Assembly: GCA_963840685.1 (NCBI GenBank)
Contig: CAWIZM010000001.1
Span: forward strand, 752,286-816,285
Direction: 5' to 3'
Length of the DNA stretch: 64,000 bases
Source: an uncultured bacterium
GTDB lineage: Bacteria > Babelota > Babeliae > Babelales > Vermiphilaceae
The notes beneath the pieces are model-generated. The model worked only from the letters and a program-made list of their open reading frames with translations, was not told the origin of the DNA and did not search any database. Of this stretch, positions 1 to 10,242 are shown piece by piece (the stretch's first letter is position 1; every line of letters begins with the position of its first letter). The translations under genes were made by a program, and so were the position numbers.

Positions 1-569
1 GAGGATTATTGCGTGTTGGCAATGGCAGTGATATTAGCATTGCGGTTGGGGTTAATGAAACTGGCTGGACATTGGTGCCTATGCCAGAGGGAGTAAAAGG
101 GATTCGTCAATTGCATGCAATGAGCAAGACCGGCATGCCGCAGGATGTAGCGCGCAATGACGGTGGACAGATATATGCACTCAACGTTGATCGAGGCACA
201 AACCGTTCTGATGTCACGCGATTTGCCGTGAATGCAGTTGAGAATAGTCCAATTGATGACAACACGCTTGCGCCATTCCCAGATTTTTACGTGAAAGGTC
301 TTACATCGTACCGCATAAATTTTGGCGCACTGAGGACCGTATTTTCAACCGATGGCGCACTGTATTTAAGTGGCCATGGCATAGATTTAGAAGTGAAACC
401 TGTCGTTACTTTTCCACGAGATTCTATTTTATCACGGTTTGTTGGTGTAAAGCAGTTTTCTGTTCCTTTAGCGCTTGAAGGAGGCTCTCATATCACCGAT
501 ATGGTACGTAGTTTTGCTTCAGGGAGTTGGTTGATTAGTGGAGATTTTGGTTTGCGCATCAATGAATAA
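1..569 (+). CDS. 3' end of a larger ORF (open to the window start; TTG/ORF at 9..569). G/S/T/N-rich, unknown function, possibly a surface/secreted protein
   Basis: Reading frame is open from position 3 to the stop at 569. No recognisable motif. Followed 20 bp later by a signal-peptide beta-barrel-like gene. Confidence 0.3.
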   Translation, partial: GLLRVGNGSDISIAVGVNETGWTLVPMPEGVKGIRQLHAMSKTGMPQDVARNDGGQIYALNVDRGTNRSDVTRFAVNAVENSPIDDNTLAPFPDFYVKGLTSYRINFGALRTVFSTDGALYLSGHGIDLEVKPVVTFPRDSILSRFVGVKQFSVPLALEGGSHITDMVRSFASGSWLISGDFGLRINE

Positions 570-588
570 CAATACATGAGGATTTTTA

Positions 589-1839
589 ATGATAAGCACA
601 AAAAAAGTTACCTATAGCCTCATTCTTTTTTTTAGTATCTGGGGTAGTAGTACACACGCAATGAATTTGTTACGTCCATATGACACGTTGATTAGGCCAG
701 ACTTTGTGGGCGATCGGACATGGCAATTTGCTTTTTATGGTGAAGGCGGACTTGGCACCAAAGCATATTGTGCTGACGGTGAGGTGTGTGATGTATTGCG
801 CATCTGGCAACCTGAGCAAAATGCACTGAAGATGTTGCAAGGATTTCCTGAAAATTCACCCATTAGCCAATTACGCAATCAACTTGATGCGGACGATGAT
901 GGTAAGCGCGGTCACTTTTTGGTCAGCAGTGATTTTGATCTTAAATATAGTCTTGCGCTTGCTGCACGTGTCAGCTTTTTACGCGATTTCACTTTTGCTG
1001 CCTATCTCCCTTTTTATAGCATGGAGCTTAAAAATGTGTGCTGGGAAGATCAAACACAAAGTATTACTGATGAAGATATACGGGTGAAGCAATTATTGAC
1101 GGATGATTTTTTTACTATTGTTGAGCAATTGGGATGTGGACTTGATTTACGCGGTTGGAAACGCTCAGGCATCGGTGATTTAACTTTGATGCTTGAATGG
1201 TTCCGCAACTTTCCGCAAGCAAAGCCGTTACTGAAAAATGTGTTTCTTAACTGGCGTATCGGGTTGGCGCTACCAACCGGCAAGCGCGCTGATGAAAATA
1301 AACTATTTGCGATACCGTTTGGTGCCGATGGGGCCACAAGCCTTATTTTCGGTTTTGGTCTTGAACTGTTATTTGGTTCTTGCTTTAAGGCTGGCGTTGA
1401 CGTGCAGTTAACTCATTTGTTTGATACTAATCAGTTGCGTCGTATTAAAACAGATGAAAGGCAGACTGAGTTGTTGCTATTGGAAAAATCAGAAGTGCAT
1501 ATAGATTATGGATTATGGCAGCGGTTCAACCTGTTTTTTGAGTTCTATCAATTTTATCATGGCCTTTCATTCAAGGTTGGGTACAAGTTCTTTAAGCAGG
1601 GAGAAAATCATATATCTTTAGCGTGTAATGATTTTTCAACCACTATTGCAAGCACTGCAGTTGCATTGGAAGATTTTACGATGCATGAAATTATTCCTAA
1701 GTTGACGTATGATTTTGGCGTAAACCATCCAGATGCATGTACGCGGCCATATGTTTTGTTGTATGCACGATTACCGTTTAATGGAAAGCATGCGGTGTTG
1801 GCTAGAACTGCAGGCGTTATATTCGCTATTGATTTTTGA
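589..1839 (+). CDS. Putative outer-membrane beta-barrel protein (signal peptide, C-terminal Phe)
   Basis: N-terminal hydrophobic leader MISTKKVTYSLILFFSIWGSSTHA, alternating amphipathic strands, C-terminal ...FAIDF typical of OMP C-termini. RBS-like aggatt upstream. Confidence 0.4.
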   Translation: MISTKKVTYSLILFFSIWGSSTHAMNLLRPYDTLIRPDFVGDRTWQFAFYGEGGLGTKAYCADGEVCDVLRIWQPEQNALKMLQGFPENSPISQLRNQLDADDDGKRGHFLVSSDFDLKYSLALAARVSFLRDFTFAAYLPFYSMELKNVCWEDQTQSITDEDIRVKQLLTDDFFTIVEQLGCGLDLRGWKRSGIGDLTLMLEWFRNFPQAKPLLKNVFLNWRIGLALPTGKRADENKLFAIPFGADGATSLIFGFGLELLFGSCFKAGVDVQLTHLFDTNQLRRIKTDERQTELLLLEKSEVHIDYGLWQRFNLFFEFYQFYHGLSFKVGYKFFKQGENHISLACNDFSTTIASTAVALEDFTMHEIIPKLTYDFGVNHPDACTRPYVLLYARLPFNGKHAVLARTAGVIFAIDF

Positions 1840-1863
1840 GCAATTTGAATAAGGAGAAAATGT

Positions 1864-2856
1864 ATGAGAAAACAAATTTATATTCTCCCGTTGTTACTCT
1901 TGCTGAGCGTTTACTCTGCGCGATCTATGGAAAATCAAAAAGAATTAGCATTGCTTGTTGAATGTAATAGCAACAATTCGGTATGCCTGTTGCCAACTGA
2001 TATGCTAACCAAAATTATTGCTCATTATTATGATGATAAAGATCAAGTAAAATCTCTCAAGAGCACTATCGCAAACTTTATGAAATTAAGATCAACTTGC
2101 ACAGGTTGGAATAACTTATTAACGTTTGAGAAGATTGGTGATTTTTGTAAAAATTACCCTCAAGTTATCAAAAATGTTCTTTTAGGAGAACTAACCTATT
2201 CCTCTCGCTTGCCTATATTAGTACTAGTTCATGCCAGTATTGAACCGAGCATTGCTTTTCATAAAATAATTAATGCATTGCTTATCACCGTAGTCAGTAA
2301 AAATGATGTGCAATTGATTAGAATATTATTGAAACATATTGCAAAGCCAAAAGATTGCTTAGAAGAGATTAGAACGGTAGAAATAGCACAGATACTTTTT
2401 AACAATGGTGTAGATATACATACAACAGATTATTATGGACGTAACATTTTATGGAAATTGCTTGGTACATCATACCCATCAGATCTCATGAGGTTCTATG
2501 TTGCATGTGGTGTTGATGCAAGGAGACTAGATGGTTCTGGTGATACTTTGTTGCATAGCCTTGCACGTAAGGCATCAAAGATAAGATTTAGTGTCCCCAA
2601 TGAGGTTGATGATTTCTTAAAAAAAGCAGAATTATTGATAACGATGATTCCAGACATGATTAATAAATTTAACTGCCATGGATATGAATATGTTCAATAT
2701 GAAACGTCGCTTGGCATTGCTCAAAAATGTTTGAAAGATATAGCATCCAGTCATCGCTCTTTATGGGACGAAAAAAGAAGTCAAACAGAAGAAATTTTAG
2801 AGATAGAAGCTCTTGAAAAGCTTATTGTATTACTTCAGAAAAATGGTGCGTACTGA
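1864..2856 (+). CDS. Secreted ankyrin-repeat/F-box-like paralogue 1 (C-terminus truncated relative to paralogue 2 by a 2-nt indel)
   Basis: Signal peptide ending SMEN; F-box-like LPTDMLTKII motif; ANK-like GVDIHTTDYYGRNILWKLL and TLLHSLA. aaggag RBS. Paralogous to 2921..3982 etc. Confidence 0.6.
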   Translation: MRKQIYILPLLLLLSVYSARSMENQKELALLVECNSNNSVCLLPTDMLTKIIAHYYDDKDQVKSLKSTIANFMKLRSTCTGWNNLLTFEKIGDFCKNYPQVIKNVLLGELTYSSRLPILVLVHASIEPSIAFHKIINALLITVVSKNDVQLIRILLKHIAKPKDCLEEIRTVEIAQILFNNGVDIHTTDYYGRNILWKLLGTSYPSDLMRFYVACGVDARRLDGSGDTLLHSLARKASKIRFSVPNEVDDFLKKAELLITMIPDMINKFNCHGYEYVQYETSLGIAQKCLKDIASSHRSLWDEKRSQTEEILEIEALEKLIVLLQKNGAY

Positions 2857-2920
2857 CTGCACAGCAACTTGAAGAACAGAAAAATAGTGCAACATAATAA
2901 TTTAGGAGTTAATACATCAG

Positions 2921-3982
2921 ATGCAAAAACTAAATTCTGTTTTTAAGATCTGTATGGTTGTTGTTTTATTGAGTTCTCTGCCTATGCAAGGTATGGAAGA
3001 AGATTGGCAACGTTTCATACAAAATGCCCAAAGATATGATAGTAATGACAGTGATAATCAATTACTTTCATTGCCGATTGAGATGTTGGGCAAAATTGTT
3101 TCTCATCATTTTGATAATCAAGATCTTTACCCTGACCTCAAACTTTTCATGAAGTTAAGTACAGTATGCAAGCATTTTAATAGATTGTTGACGGTTGAGA
3201 CAATTGCTAACTGCTGTAAAAATTATGAACAACATAGAAGAGATTGGGTTTTAAACGATGTATTTAGTGATGAGCGTTTTAAGTATGTGGCAAAACGTTT
3301 ACCACTTTTAATTTTAGTGTGTGCTGGTGCTGATGATTATAAAGGCGAAATGTTTAGCACATGTCTGCAAAAAAATGACCTTGAACTAGTAGAAATGGTA
3401 TTCAAATATTATCCAAGTCAAAATAAAAGAAAAGCGTTAGGACCAAGTTTTTATCGTGTCAAAACAGTAGAAATGGCACAACTGTTTGTTGATAATGATT
3501 GTTTTGATATATATGGTGGTGGTTTTCATCCGGATGGTAAGCTTAATTTGTTATGGAAAATGGTTGATTCAGCATATTCGCTAGAACTGATGGAATTTTG
3601 TGTTAAGCATACTGATTATATAAAAAAATTAGCTCCTTGTGGGGTTGGTTATACGGCTAGCAATTTTTGTTTGTTGCATGCTATTGCACTGGAGTACCAA
3701 TCAGGTTGGATTACAAATCAGAATGATATTGATACTTTTTTGAAAAAAGCAAAATTTCTTCTGAGTATGATTCCAGATATGATAAATGCGACCGGAGCGA
3801 AGAATGAAACACCTCTTGATGTAGCCTATGCTAGCTTAGAAGATTTAAAAGAGACGGTAAGAAAGGGCTATGAAAGTAAAGAAAAAGTTTTAGCATTTGA
3901 ACAACTTATCGCATTATTTCGGGAACATGGTGCATTGACTGCACAGCAACTTGAAGAACAGAAAAATAGTGCAACACAATAA
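2921..3982 (+). CDS. Secreted ankyrin-repeat/F-box-like paralogue 2
   Basis: Signal peptide ending QGMEE; LPIEMLGKIV F-box-like motif; C-terminal HGALTAQQLEEQKNSATQ shared with family. Confidence 0.6.
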   Translation: MQKLNSVFKICMVVVLLSSLPMQGMEEDWQRFIQNAQRYDSNDSDNQLLSLPIEMLGKIVSHHFDNQDLYPDLKLFMKLSTVCKHFNRLLTVETIANCCKNYEQHRRDWVLNDVFSDERFKYVAKRLPLLILVCAGADDYKGEMFSTCLQKNDLELVEMVFKYYPSQNKRKALGPSFYRVKTVEMAQLFVDNDCFDIYGGGFHPDGKLNLLWKMVDSAYSLELMEFCVKHTDYIKKLAPCGVGYTASNFCLLHAIALEYQSGWITNQNDIDTFLKKAKFLLSMIPDMINATGAKNETPLDVAYASLEDLKETVRKGYESKEKVLAFEQLIALFREHGALTAQQLEEQKNSATQ

Positions 3983-4002
3983 TTTAGGAGTTAATACATC
4001 CA

Positions 4003-5169
4003 ATGCAAAAATTGACTTGTATCTTTAATTTTAATCTAATTTGTTTTTCAACCATTTTGTTCAGTGCGTTACCAGTGCAGGGCATGGAAGGAGCTTGGGA
4101 TCAATGTTTGGCAAGACTCGCATTGGTTAATGCTCAACTATGTAAATCATTAATTAATGCCCAAAGGTATGATAGTGATGATATGCCGGAATTAGTTCGA
4201 ATCAGTGATGATGAATTAATAGAAATAAGTAAAAGAAGGAAATTGGGGTTACTTCAATTAGCTAATGCCAAAGCCAAAGTAGAAGAGCTGAAGAATGATA
4301 TAAAAAGTTTCATGAAATTAAGTACCACATGTAAAAGCTGGAACAACTTTTTAACGTTTGAAAGAATTGGTAGCTTCTGTGAACATTATCCGCTAGAGAC
4401 CAAGAATGAAGTTTTACGATATTTGATAGAAAGCTGGGGCAGTAGTTTTGATGGTGAGTGTCGACCTACATTAATATTAATTTGTGCCGGTGCTGATATC
4501 GATACTAATCATCGCGGTAGAAGTGCTCTTAAAAGAGCTGTCTATAAAGATGATGTGCAATTTGCTAAAACATTATTTAGGTATAATGCAAACCCAAATA
4601 TACAAACATATTATACGTTCGTATCTGGATATTTTCCAGTTTTTTTCTGTGCTAACACGGTAGAGATGGTGCAGACATTTATTGAAAATGGCGTAGATAT
4701 ACAAGCAACAGATTTTGCTGGGCTTAATGTTTTATGGCATATTTTGTACAATGAAGGCTCAGCAGATCTGATGAAAGTTTATCTTGAACATGGGGTTGAT
4801 GCTACAAAATTACACCTTGGTGATAATGCTTGCTTATTACATGCCCTGGCGCATAGCTATTATATACCCTATATTGACAATTTCTTACAAAATGCAAATC
4901 TCCTACTCACGGCTATTCCTGGTATGATTAACACATTGGATGAGGATAATCTTACGCCTCTTGACGTTGCTCAAGAATCTTTGAAAGGGCTACAAGAAGA
5001 CGTAGAAGCGGAAAGCGCATTGAAAGACCTACAAGAAGATGGAGAAGAAGATGGAGTGGTGGAAAGCGCATTGGCATTTGAGAAATTTATCGCATTGCTC
5101 CGAGAACGTGGTGGTCTTACTGCGCAAGAACTTGGGATAATAAACATAGTGGAAAAACTTGATCAATAA
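4003..5169 (+). CDS. Secreted ankyrin-repeat paralogue 3
   Basis: Leader ending QGMEG; ANK repeat HRGRSALKRAVYKDDVQFAKTLFRYNANPN; C-terminal RERGGLTAQELG family motif. Confidence 0.6.
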   Translation: MQKLTCIFNFNLICFSTILFSALPVQGMEGAWDQCLARLALVNAQLCKSLINAQRYDSDDMPELVRISDDELIEISKRRKLGLLQLANAKAKVEELKNDIKSFMKLSTTCKSWNNFLTFERIGSFCEHYPLETKNEVLRYLIESWGSSFDGECRPTLILICAGADIDTNHRGRSALKRAVYKDDVQFAKTLFRYNANPNIQTYYTFVSGYFPVFFCANTVEMVQTFIENGVDIQATDFAGLNVLWHILYNEGSADLMKVYLEHGVDATKLHLGDNACLLHALAHSYYIPYIDNFLQNANLLLTAIPGMINTLDEDNLTPLDVAQESLKGLQEDVEAESALKDLQEDGEEDGVVESALAFEKFIALLRERGGLTAQELGIINIVEKLDQ

Positions 5170-5190
5170 GCACAACAAGGGATATTCTTC

Positions 5191-6277
5191 ATGCAGAAAT
5201 TAACGTTTAATTTTAATCTAATCTGTTTTTCAATTTTTTTGCTCAGTGTGATATCTGTGTGGGGCATGGAGGAAGAGATCAAGCATGATGTTACGCCTAT
5301 AGCAGCAAGCACGCGCAGAGGTTATAGTGTTCAGGATTTACTAAAACAATCACGTTATTGTATAGAACCTGAAGGTCTTGATCTAGCAAAAGAACTTACC
5401 ACGACTATTAAAAATTTTATGCGATTACGTGCCACCAGTGAAAGCTGCAATAGATTGTTTACCCCTGAAAAAATCGGTAGTCTTTGCAAAAGTTATCCCC
5501 AGGAGGTTAAGAATAACGTTTTACGCGATTTAGTAGAAAAAAATAGATACAGTATTCAGTATAAAACAAAGCGGCTGCCGATATTGATGTTAGTCTATGC
5601 TGGTGCTCGTGTCAGCGTTAAAATTAATAATAACTCTTTATTTGAAGATGCAATTGCGCACAATGATGTACCATTAATGAAAACATTGTTTAAATATCAC
5701 ACCTATCAAGATCTGACTGCCGGTATAGGGTTAAGGGAAAAGCCAAGTTTTTTTCTTGCCAAAACGGTAGAGATGGCCGAAAATATTCATTAAAAATAAG
5801 GTTAATGTGCATACAGTTTCTTCTGTATCCAAGACTAATATTTTGTGGGAACTCGTTAATGATCAACATTCATCAGAACTTATGGAATTTTATTGTGCAC
5901 ATAAGGTTGATGTGAAAAAGCTACGGCCGAGTGACCATTCTTGCTTGTTGCATAGAATTGCATTGTTTAATTTTTCTTGTTCTCCTTCGTCTATAAAAGG
6001 GCCACGTCCTTCTGATGATTTTGTATGGTCACATGCAGACTTGAGTGATAATTTCCTTAGAAAAGTAACGTTATTGTTGGATGTTATTCCCGGCATGATC
6101 AATGAATTAAATTGTAATAATGAGACACCTTTGGATATTGCTCAGAAGTCTTTAAAAAATGCACAAATGTATGATATTAAGGCAGTTATTGTATTAATCG
6201 ATCAACTTATTTTACTTTTCAGAAAACAGGGTGCTTTGACTGCACGGGAGCTTAAAGAGCAGGCATTGTTGAAATAG
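5191..6277 (+). pseudogene. Ankyrin-repeat paralogue 4, split into two ORFs (5191..5793 and 5807..6277) by a stop plus frame change
   Basis: N-part has the family leader and FMRL..CNRLFTPEKIGSLCKSYP motif. C-part has LLHRIA, TPLDIA and C-terminal QGALTARELKEQ motif. The two parts are in frames 1 and 2. Confidence 0.5.
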
Positions 6278-6308
6278 ATATATTGGTACTAACAAAGGGA
6301 GATTATGT

Positions 6309-7421
6309 ATGCACAAAGTAATTTTTAGTTTTAATATCATCTATATTTCAATTATTTTTTTCAGTGCATTACCAATGCACGGCATGGAGAAAGAGAACTT
6401 GTGTGAACCGTTGTCTGTAGAAGAATCTGATTACGTTGATCATTTTCTTGCATTACCTGGTGAAATACTGCCCGGCATGCAATCACTTGAAGATAGCGTT
6501 AAATTTTTTATGAAATTGAGCACCATACACAAAAAATGGCATGCATTATTGACGTATGAAGAAATTGGTCACCTTTGTAAATACTATTCACAAGATGATA
6601 AAAACCGGGACTTAGTTTGTACATCAAATTTTCTAATTACACACGGCTATACCTCTAAACGTTTGACGCTATTAACTTTAATATGTGCTGGCGCGAATAC
6701 TATAGGACGTATGTTGCTTGAGAGAGCAGTTATTCAAAATGATGTACAATGCGCAGAAATGATATTCAAGTATTATGAAAATCCCAAAGCCTCAATAAAA
6801 GTATTGAGGGATGGTCCAATACATTCCGATAAAAAATTTAATATATTTCCTATAATTTGCAGTATAGAGATTGCATATATACCATTATTATTTGCGGTCA
6901 AAAGCGTAGATATGGCAAAGATATTTATCGCTCATGGCGCAAACATGCATGAAACCATGTACGATGAGACCTCTACAATAGTACAAAATACAGATTATCA
7001 GAATACCAATGTTTTGTGGCACATAATGGACAATAGTTACCCATCAAGCCTCATGGAATTTTATCTTGCACGTCAGGTTGATACAACAAAACTGTGTGTC
7101 TCTTATAAAGGGAACTTGCTGCATAAGTTTGCTGCAACACCGTATTCAGGTAATATAAGCAGTCTTGATAACTTTATACAAAAAGCAAAACTATTGCTTA
7201 CTACCCTTCCTGCTCAAATTAATGCGTTGAATCAACGTGATCAAACGCCGCTCAATATCGTTAAAAAATCTTTGAGAGCTTTAAAGAAAAGTAAAAACGT
7301 TGCAGCAAAGTTAGCTTTTAAGGTGCTTATTGAATTATTTCAGGAGCATGGTGGTTTTGTGGCAGAAGATCTTAATCGGCTTGCGAATTCTAAATGGATG
7401 AGTCAGCAAAGTTCAATGTAA
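6309..7421 (+). CDS. Secreted ankyrin-repeat/F-box-like paralogue 5
   Basis: Leader ending HGMEKE; LPGEILPGM; FMKLSTIHKKWHALLTYEEIGHLCKYY family motif; ANK-like repeats; C-terminal QEHGGFVAEDL. Confidence 0.6.
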   Translation: MHKVIFSFNIIYISIIFFSALPMHGMEKENLCEPLSVEESDYVDHFLALPGEILPGMQSLEDSVKFFMKLSTIHKKWHALLTYEEIGHLCKYYSQDDKNRDLVCTSNFLITHGYTSKRLTLLTLICAGANTIGRMLLERAVIQNDVQCAEMIFKYYENPKASIKVLRDGPIHSDKKFNIFPIICSIEIAYIPLLFAVKSVDMAKIFIAHGANMHETMYDETSTIVQNTDYQNTNVLWHIMDNSYPSSLMEFYLARQVDTTKLCVSYKGNLLHKFAATPYSGNISSLDNFIQKAKLLLTTLPAQINALNQRDQTPLNIVKKSLRALKKSKNVAAKLAFKVLIELFQEHGGFVAEDLNRLANSKWMSQQSSM

Positions 7422-7423
7422 AA

Positions 7424-7460
7424 AAATAGCGACAGTTTTTTACGCTGTCGCTATTTTTAT
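7424..7460. terminator. Bidirectional rho-independent terminator between convergent genes
   Basis: Hairpin atagcgacag-ttttttacg-ctgtcgctat followed by a T-run. Confidence 0.6.
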
Positions 7461-7520
7461 ATCGTTCTTTTTAATGCGTGATCCGCCTACACCGTTACGG
7501 CGTGACAACCACGTCGCGGG

Positions 7521-7967
7521 TTACGCTTCTTCGTCTTCGCATTCAACTTCGCAACCATCTTCTTCACCAGGGAAGAAAAGGCCAAGTTCGCGTTCAGCAG
7601 ATTCAGCAGAATCAGATCCGTGTACTGCATTGTTACCAATACTTTTACCGAATAGTTTTCTGATGGTTCCTGCATCCGCTTTGCTCGGATCAGTAGCGCC
7701 CATTAGTTTACGGAAATCAGCGATGGCATTTTCTTTTTGTAGTACCATAGCGATGATAGGTCCGGAAATGATGAACTCAACAAGTTCACCAAAGAATGGA
7801 CGTTTGCTGTGTTCTTCATAAAACAATTCAGCATCTTCTTGCGCGAATTGCATTTTTTCCATGAAGACAATTTCAAAGCCATTTTTTTCGATCAAATCAA
7901 TTATTTTGCCACTGTTTTTTGCTTCTACTGCATCGGGCTTAATCATTGCAAATGTATATTCTACCAT
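7521..7967 (-). CDS. ndk: Nucleoside diphosphate kinase with a short acidic C-terminal tail
   Basis: MVEYTFAMIKPDAV..., NAVHGSDS motif. Extra acidic tail EEDGCEVECEDEEA. Confidence 0.9.
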   Translation of the reverse strand: MVEYTFAMIKPDAVEAKNSGKIIDLIEKNGFEIVFMEKMQFAQEDAELFYEEHSKRPFFGELVEFIISGPIIAMVLQKENAIADFRKLMGATDPSKADAGTIRKLFGKSIGNNAVHGSDSAESAERELGLFFPGEEDGCEVECEDEEA

Positions 7968-7972
7968 TAACG

Positions 7973-9859
7973 TTAATCTTTCTTATTTGTAGAGTTATCA
8001 TCTTTTTTCATTGCTGATTCAAGCGCCATTTGGAATGCACTTTTCATCTTTGACGCGTTTGCAGCAGGTTGTTGCTGTTGTTGCGGTTGCTCAACGTGAA
8101 CAGCTGCTTCTTTGCGTGCAGCAGGTTGTTGTTGCGCAGGTTGTTTTTTTGGTTTTTCAACATGTTGTTTTTGCGCAACTGGAGAGGTGATTTCACCTTC
8201 AAGCTTCATATCCAAGCCAATTTTACGTTCATCTTTATTGATGTTGATGACGCGGAATTGAGCTATTTGTCCAACCTTAAAGATATCATCAGCTTTCTTA
8301 CCTTCTAGGTTTGCATTGTGAAGCAATCCTTCTATGCCGGTAGGAAGTCTGACAAAAGCGCCAAAGTTAGTGATCTTTGATACTTCACCTTGAACAACTT
8401 TACCTACTTGGTATTCTTGCTCAACTTGTGCCCATGGATCTTGTCCAAGTTGTTTTACACCGAGTGATATTTTTTTGTTGTCTTTGTCGATTGCCAAAAT
8501 AACTGCTTCTACTTCTTGGCCAATTTTATAGCGATCGCTTGGGTGCTCAATATGTTCAGTCCATGAAAGGTCAGAAATATGAACTAAGCCATCAATACCA
8601 GGTAGCAATTGAACAAAAACACCAAAATCGGTGATGTTGCTAATGGTACCTTTGATCTTTTGACCAATTTTGAATTGTTGATCTACGGTCTTCCAAGGAT
8701 TTTTTCCAAGCTGTTTGATACTCAATGACATACGACGATTGTCTTTGTCCAAAGAAACAACCAGTACTTCAATTTCTTCACCAACTTTGAACTTGTCAGA
8801 TAAGTTTGTGATGCGATCAGTCCATGATACTTCAGATATGTGTACAAGGCCTTCAACGTTTGGTGCAACTTCAATGAATAGACCGTAATCGGTAATGCTT
8901 GAGATTTTACCTTTAATTTTGCTGCCGACTTGTATTGCAGGGTCAAGATTTTCCCATGGATTACCCGTGAGTTGTTTAAGCCCAAGAGAGATTTTTTCAT
9001 TATTTTTATCAAAGGACAATACTTTAACGGTGATGTTGTCACCAATTCTGACCACTTCACTTGGATGTGCAATGCGACCCCATGTCATATCAGTAATATG
9101 GAGCAAGCCATCAACGCCACCAATGTCAATAAATACACCGTAGTTGGTGATATTTTTAACGATACCTTGGATAACATCGCCTTCTTTGAGCTTGCCTAAG
9201 ATATCTTTGCGTGCTTCTACACGTTGATCAGCAAGGTATTTGCGACGTGAAATAATAACGTTTCCACGTTTTTGGTTAATTTTAAGAATGTTTGCGGTAA
9301 TTGTTTGACCAACATATTTATCAAAATCAAGTACTCGTTGTAGATCAATTTGTGATCCAGGCAAGAATGCAGGAATACCAATATCAACGTTCAAGCCACC
9401 CTTAACTTTATGGGTAACCAGACCTTCAACCGGTTTGCCTTCTTCAAAGAATTTAATAATTTGAGCCCATGCTTTAGCAGCTTTTGCTTTTTCGTATGAA
9501 AGAACAATGTTACCTTCAGCATTTTCTAGGGTATCAAGGATTACTTCAATATCATCATTTGGTTTCAAGTTTTTTAATTCTTGAATACTGAATTCGTATT
9601 TAGGGATCATGCCACGTGATTTGTAGCCTATATCAACATAGACTCCATCATTATCAACGGTGACAACATGTCCTTTAACAATTTTGCCAGATTGGAAAAT
9701 ATCAAAAATACCTTGGTACAGATTAGATATTTCGCTTTTTAGCTCATCACTTATTTGGAACTCGCTAAAATCAACGTGTTGTTTTGACCTGTTCGTGCAA
9801 AATTGATTTGGATTTATAAACTCTTTTGACATAAAAAAAGACTCCGAATTTCCAGTCAT
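7973..9859 (-). CDS. rpsA: 30S ribosomal protein S1 with a Q/P-rich C-terminal extension
   Basis: Six S1 domains (repeated GxV.G.V..I...G.F..l motifs); 628 aa. Confidence 0.9.
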   Translation of the reverse strand: MTGNSESFFMSKEFINPNQFCTNRSKQHVDFSEFQISDELKSEISNLYQGIFDIFQSGKIVKGHVVTVDNDGVYVDIGYKSRGMIPKYEFSIQELKNLKPNDDIEVILDTLENAEGNIVLSYEKAKAAKAWAQIIKFFEEGKPVEGLVTHKVKGGLNVDIGIPAFLPGSQIDLQRVLDFDKYVGQTITANILKINQKRGNVIISRRKYLADQRVEARKDILGKLKEGDVIQGIVKNITNYGVFIDIGGVDGLLHITDMTWGRIAHPSEVVRIGDNITVKVLSFDKNNEKISLGLKQLTGNPWENLDPAIQVGSKIKGKISSITDYGLFIEVAPNVEGLVHISEVSWTDRITNLSDKFKVGEEIEVLVVSLDKDNRRMSLSIKQLGKNPWKTVDQQFKIGQKIKGTISNITDFGVFVQLLPGIDGLVHISDLSWTEHIEHPSDRYKIGQEVEAVILAIDKDNKKISLGVKQLGQDPWAQVEQEYQVGKVVQGEVSKITNFGAFVRLPTGIEGLLHNANLEGKKADDIFKVGQIAQFRVININKDERKIGLDMKLEGEITSPVAQKQHVEKPKKQPAQQQPAARKEAAVHVEQPQQQQQPAANASKMKSAFQMALESAMKKDDNSTNKKD

Positions 9860-10242
9860 ATCGGGGAGATAGGCTGGGTTTGAGGGTTAAAATAAACAAT
9901 ATTTTATAAAGCATTAATAAAAATAGCACAGTATTTGAAAATTGACAACTATTACCGCGACATGAGCGGGTAAGGCGTATTTTGATATAATTATTCAAAT
10001 GGAATTTATCGATATGCGTTGGTATAGCTCATTTAAAGATATCAAGATGTATGTTGGAACATATCGTATATACTGATCTAGTCGCACCATTTAACAATTT
10101 CATACTGAAAATAAAAGGTTGTTTTATTGATTTTCGTCTATAAATAGTCGGCTAATCCTGTTGCTGAGTGGAATTTTACCTGGTATTCTAAGGATATAAG
10201 TGAAAAGAATAGAGGTTATTATCTTAACTAAAGGGAATCTAT

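Noticed and set aside
7474-7821. ORFs of 115, 61 and 62 aa overlapping ndk on both strands
   Set aside because: They lie entirely inside or antisense to the well-supported ndk CDS and have low-complexity, S/P-rich translations. They are spurious.
8069-9199. Several ORFs of 79-116 aa antisense to or out of frame with rpsA
   Set aside because: They are embedded in a highly conserved S1 gene. There are no RBS or homology signals.
9943-9992. TTGACA ... TATAAT pair in the rpsA upstream region
   Set aside because: The spacing is about 38 bp, far from the 17 +/- 1 bp needed for a sigma-70 promoter. It is also on the wrong strand for rpsA.
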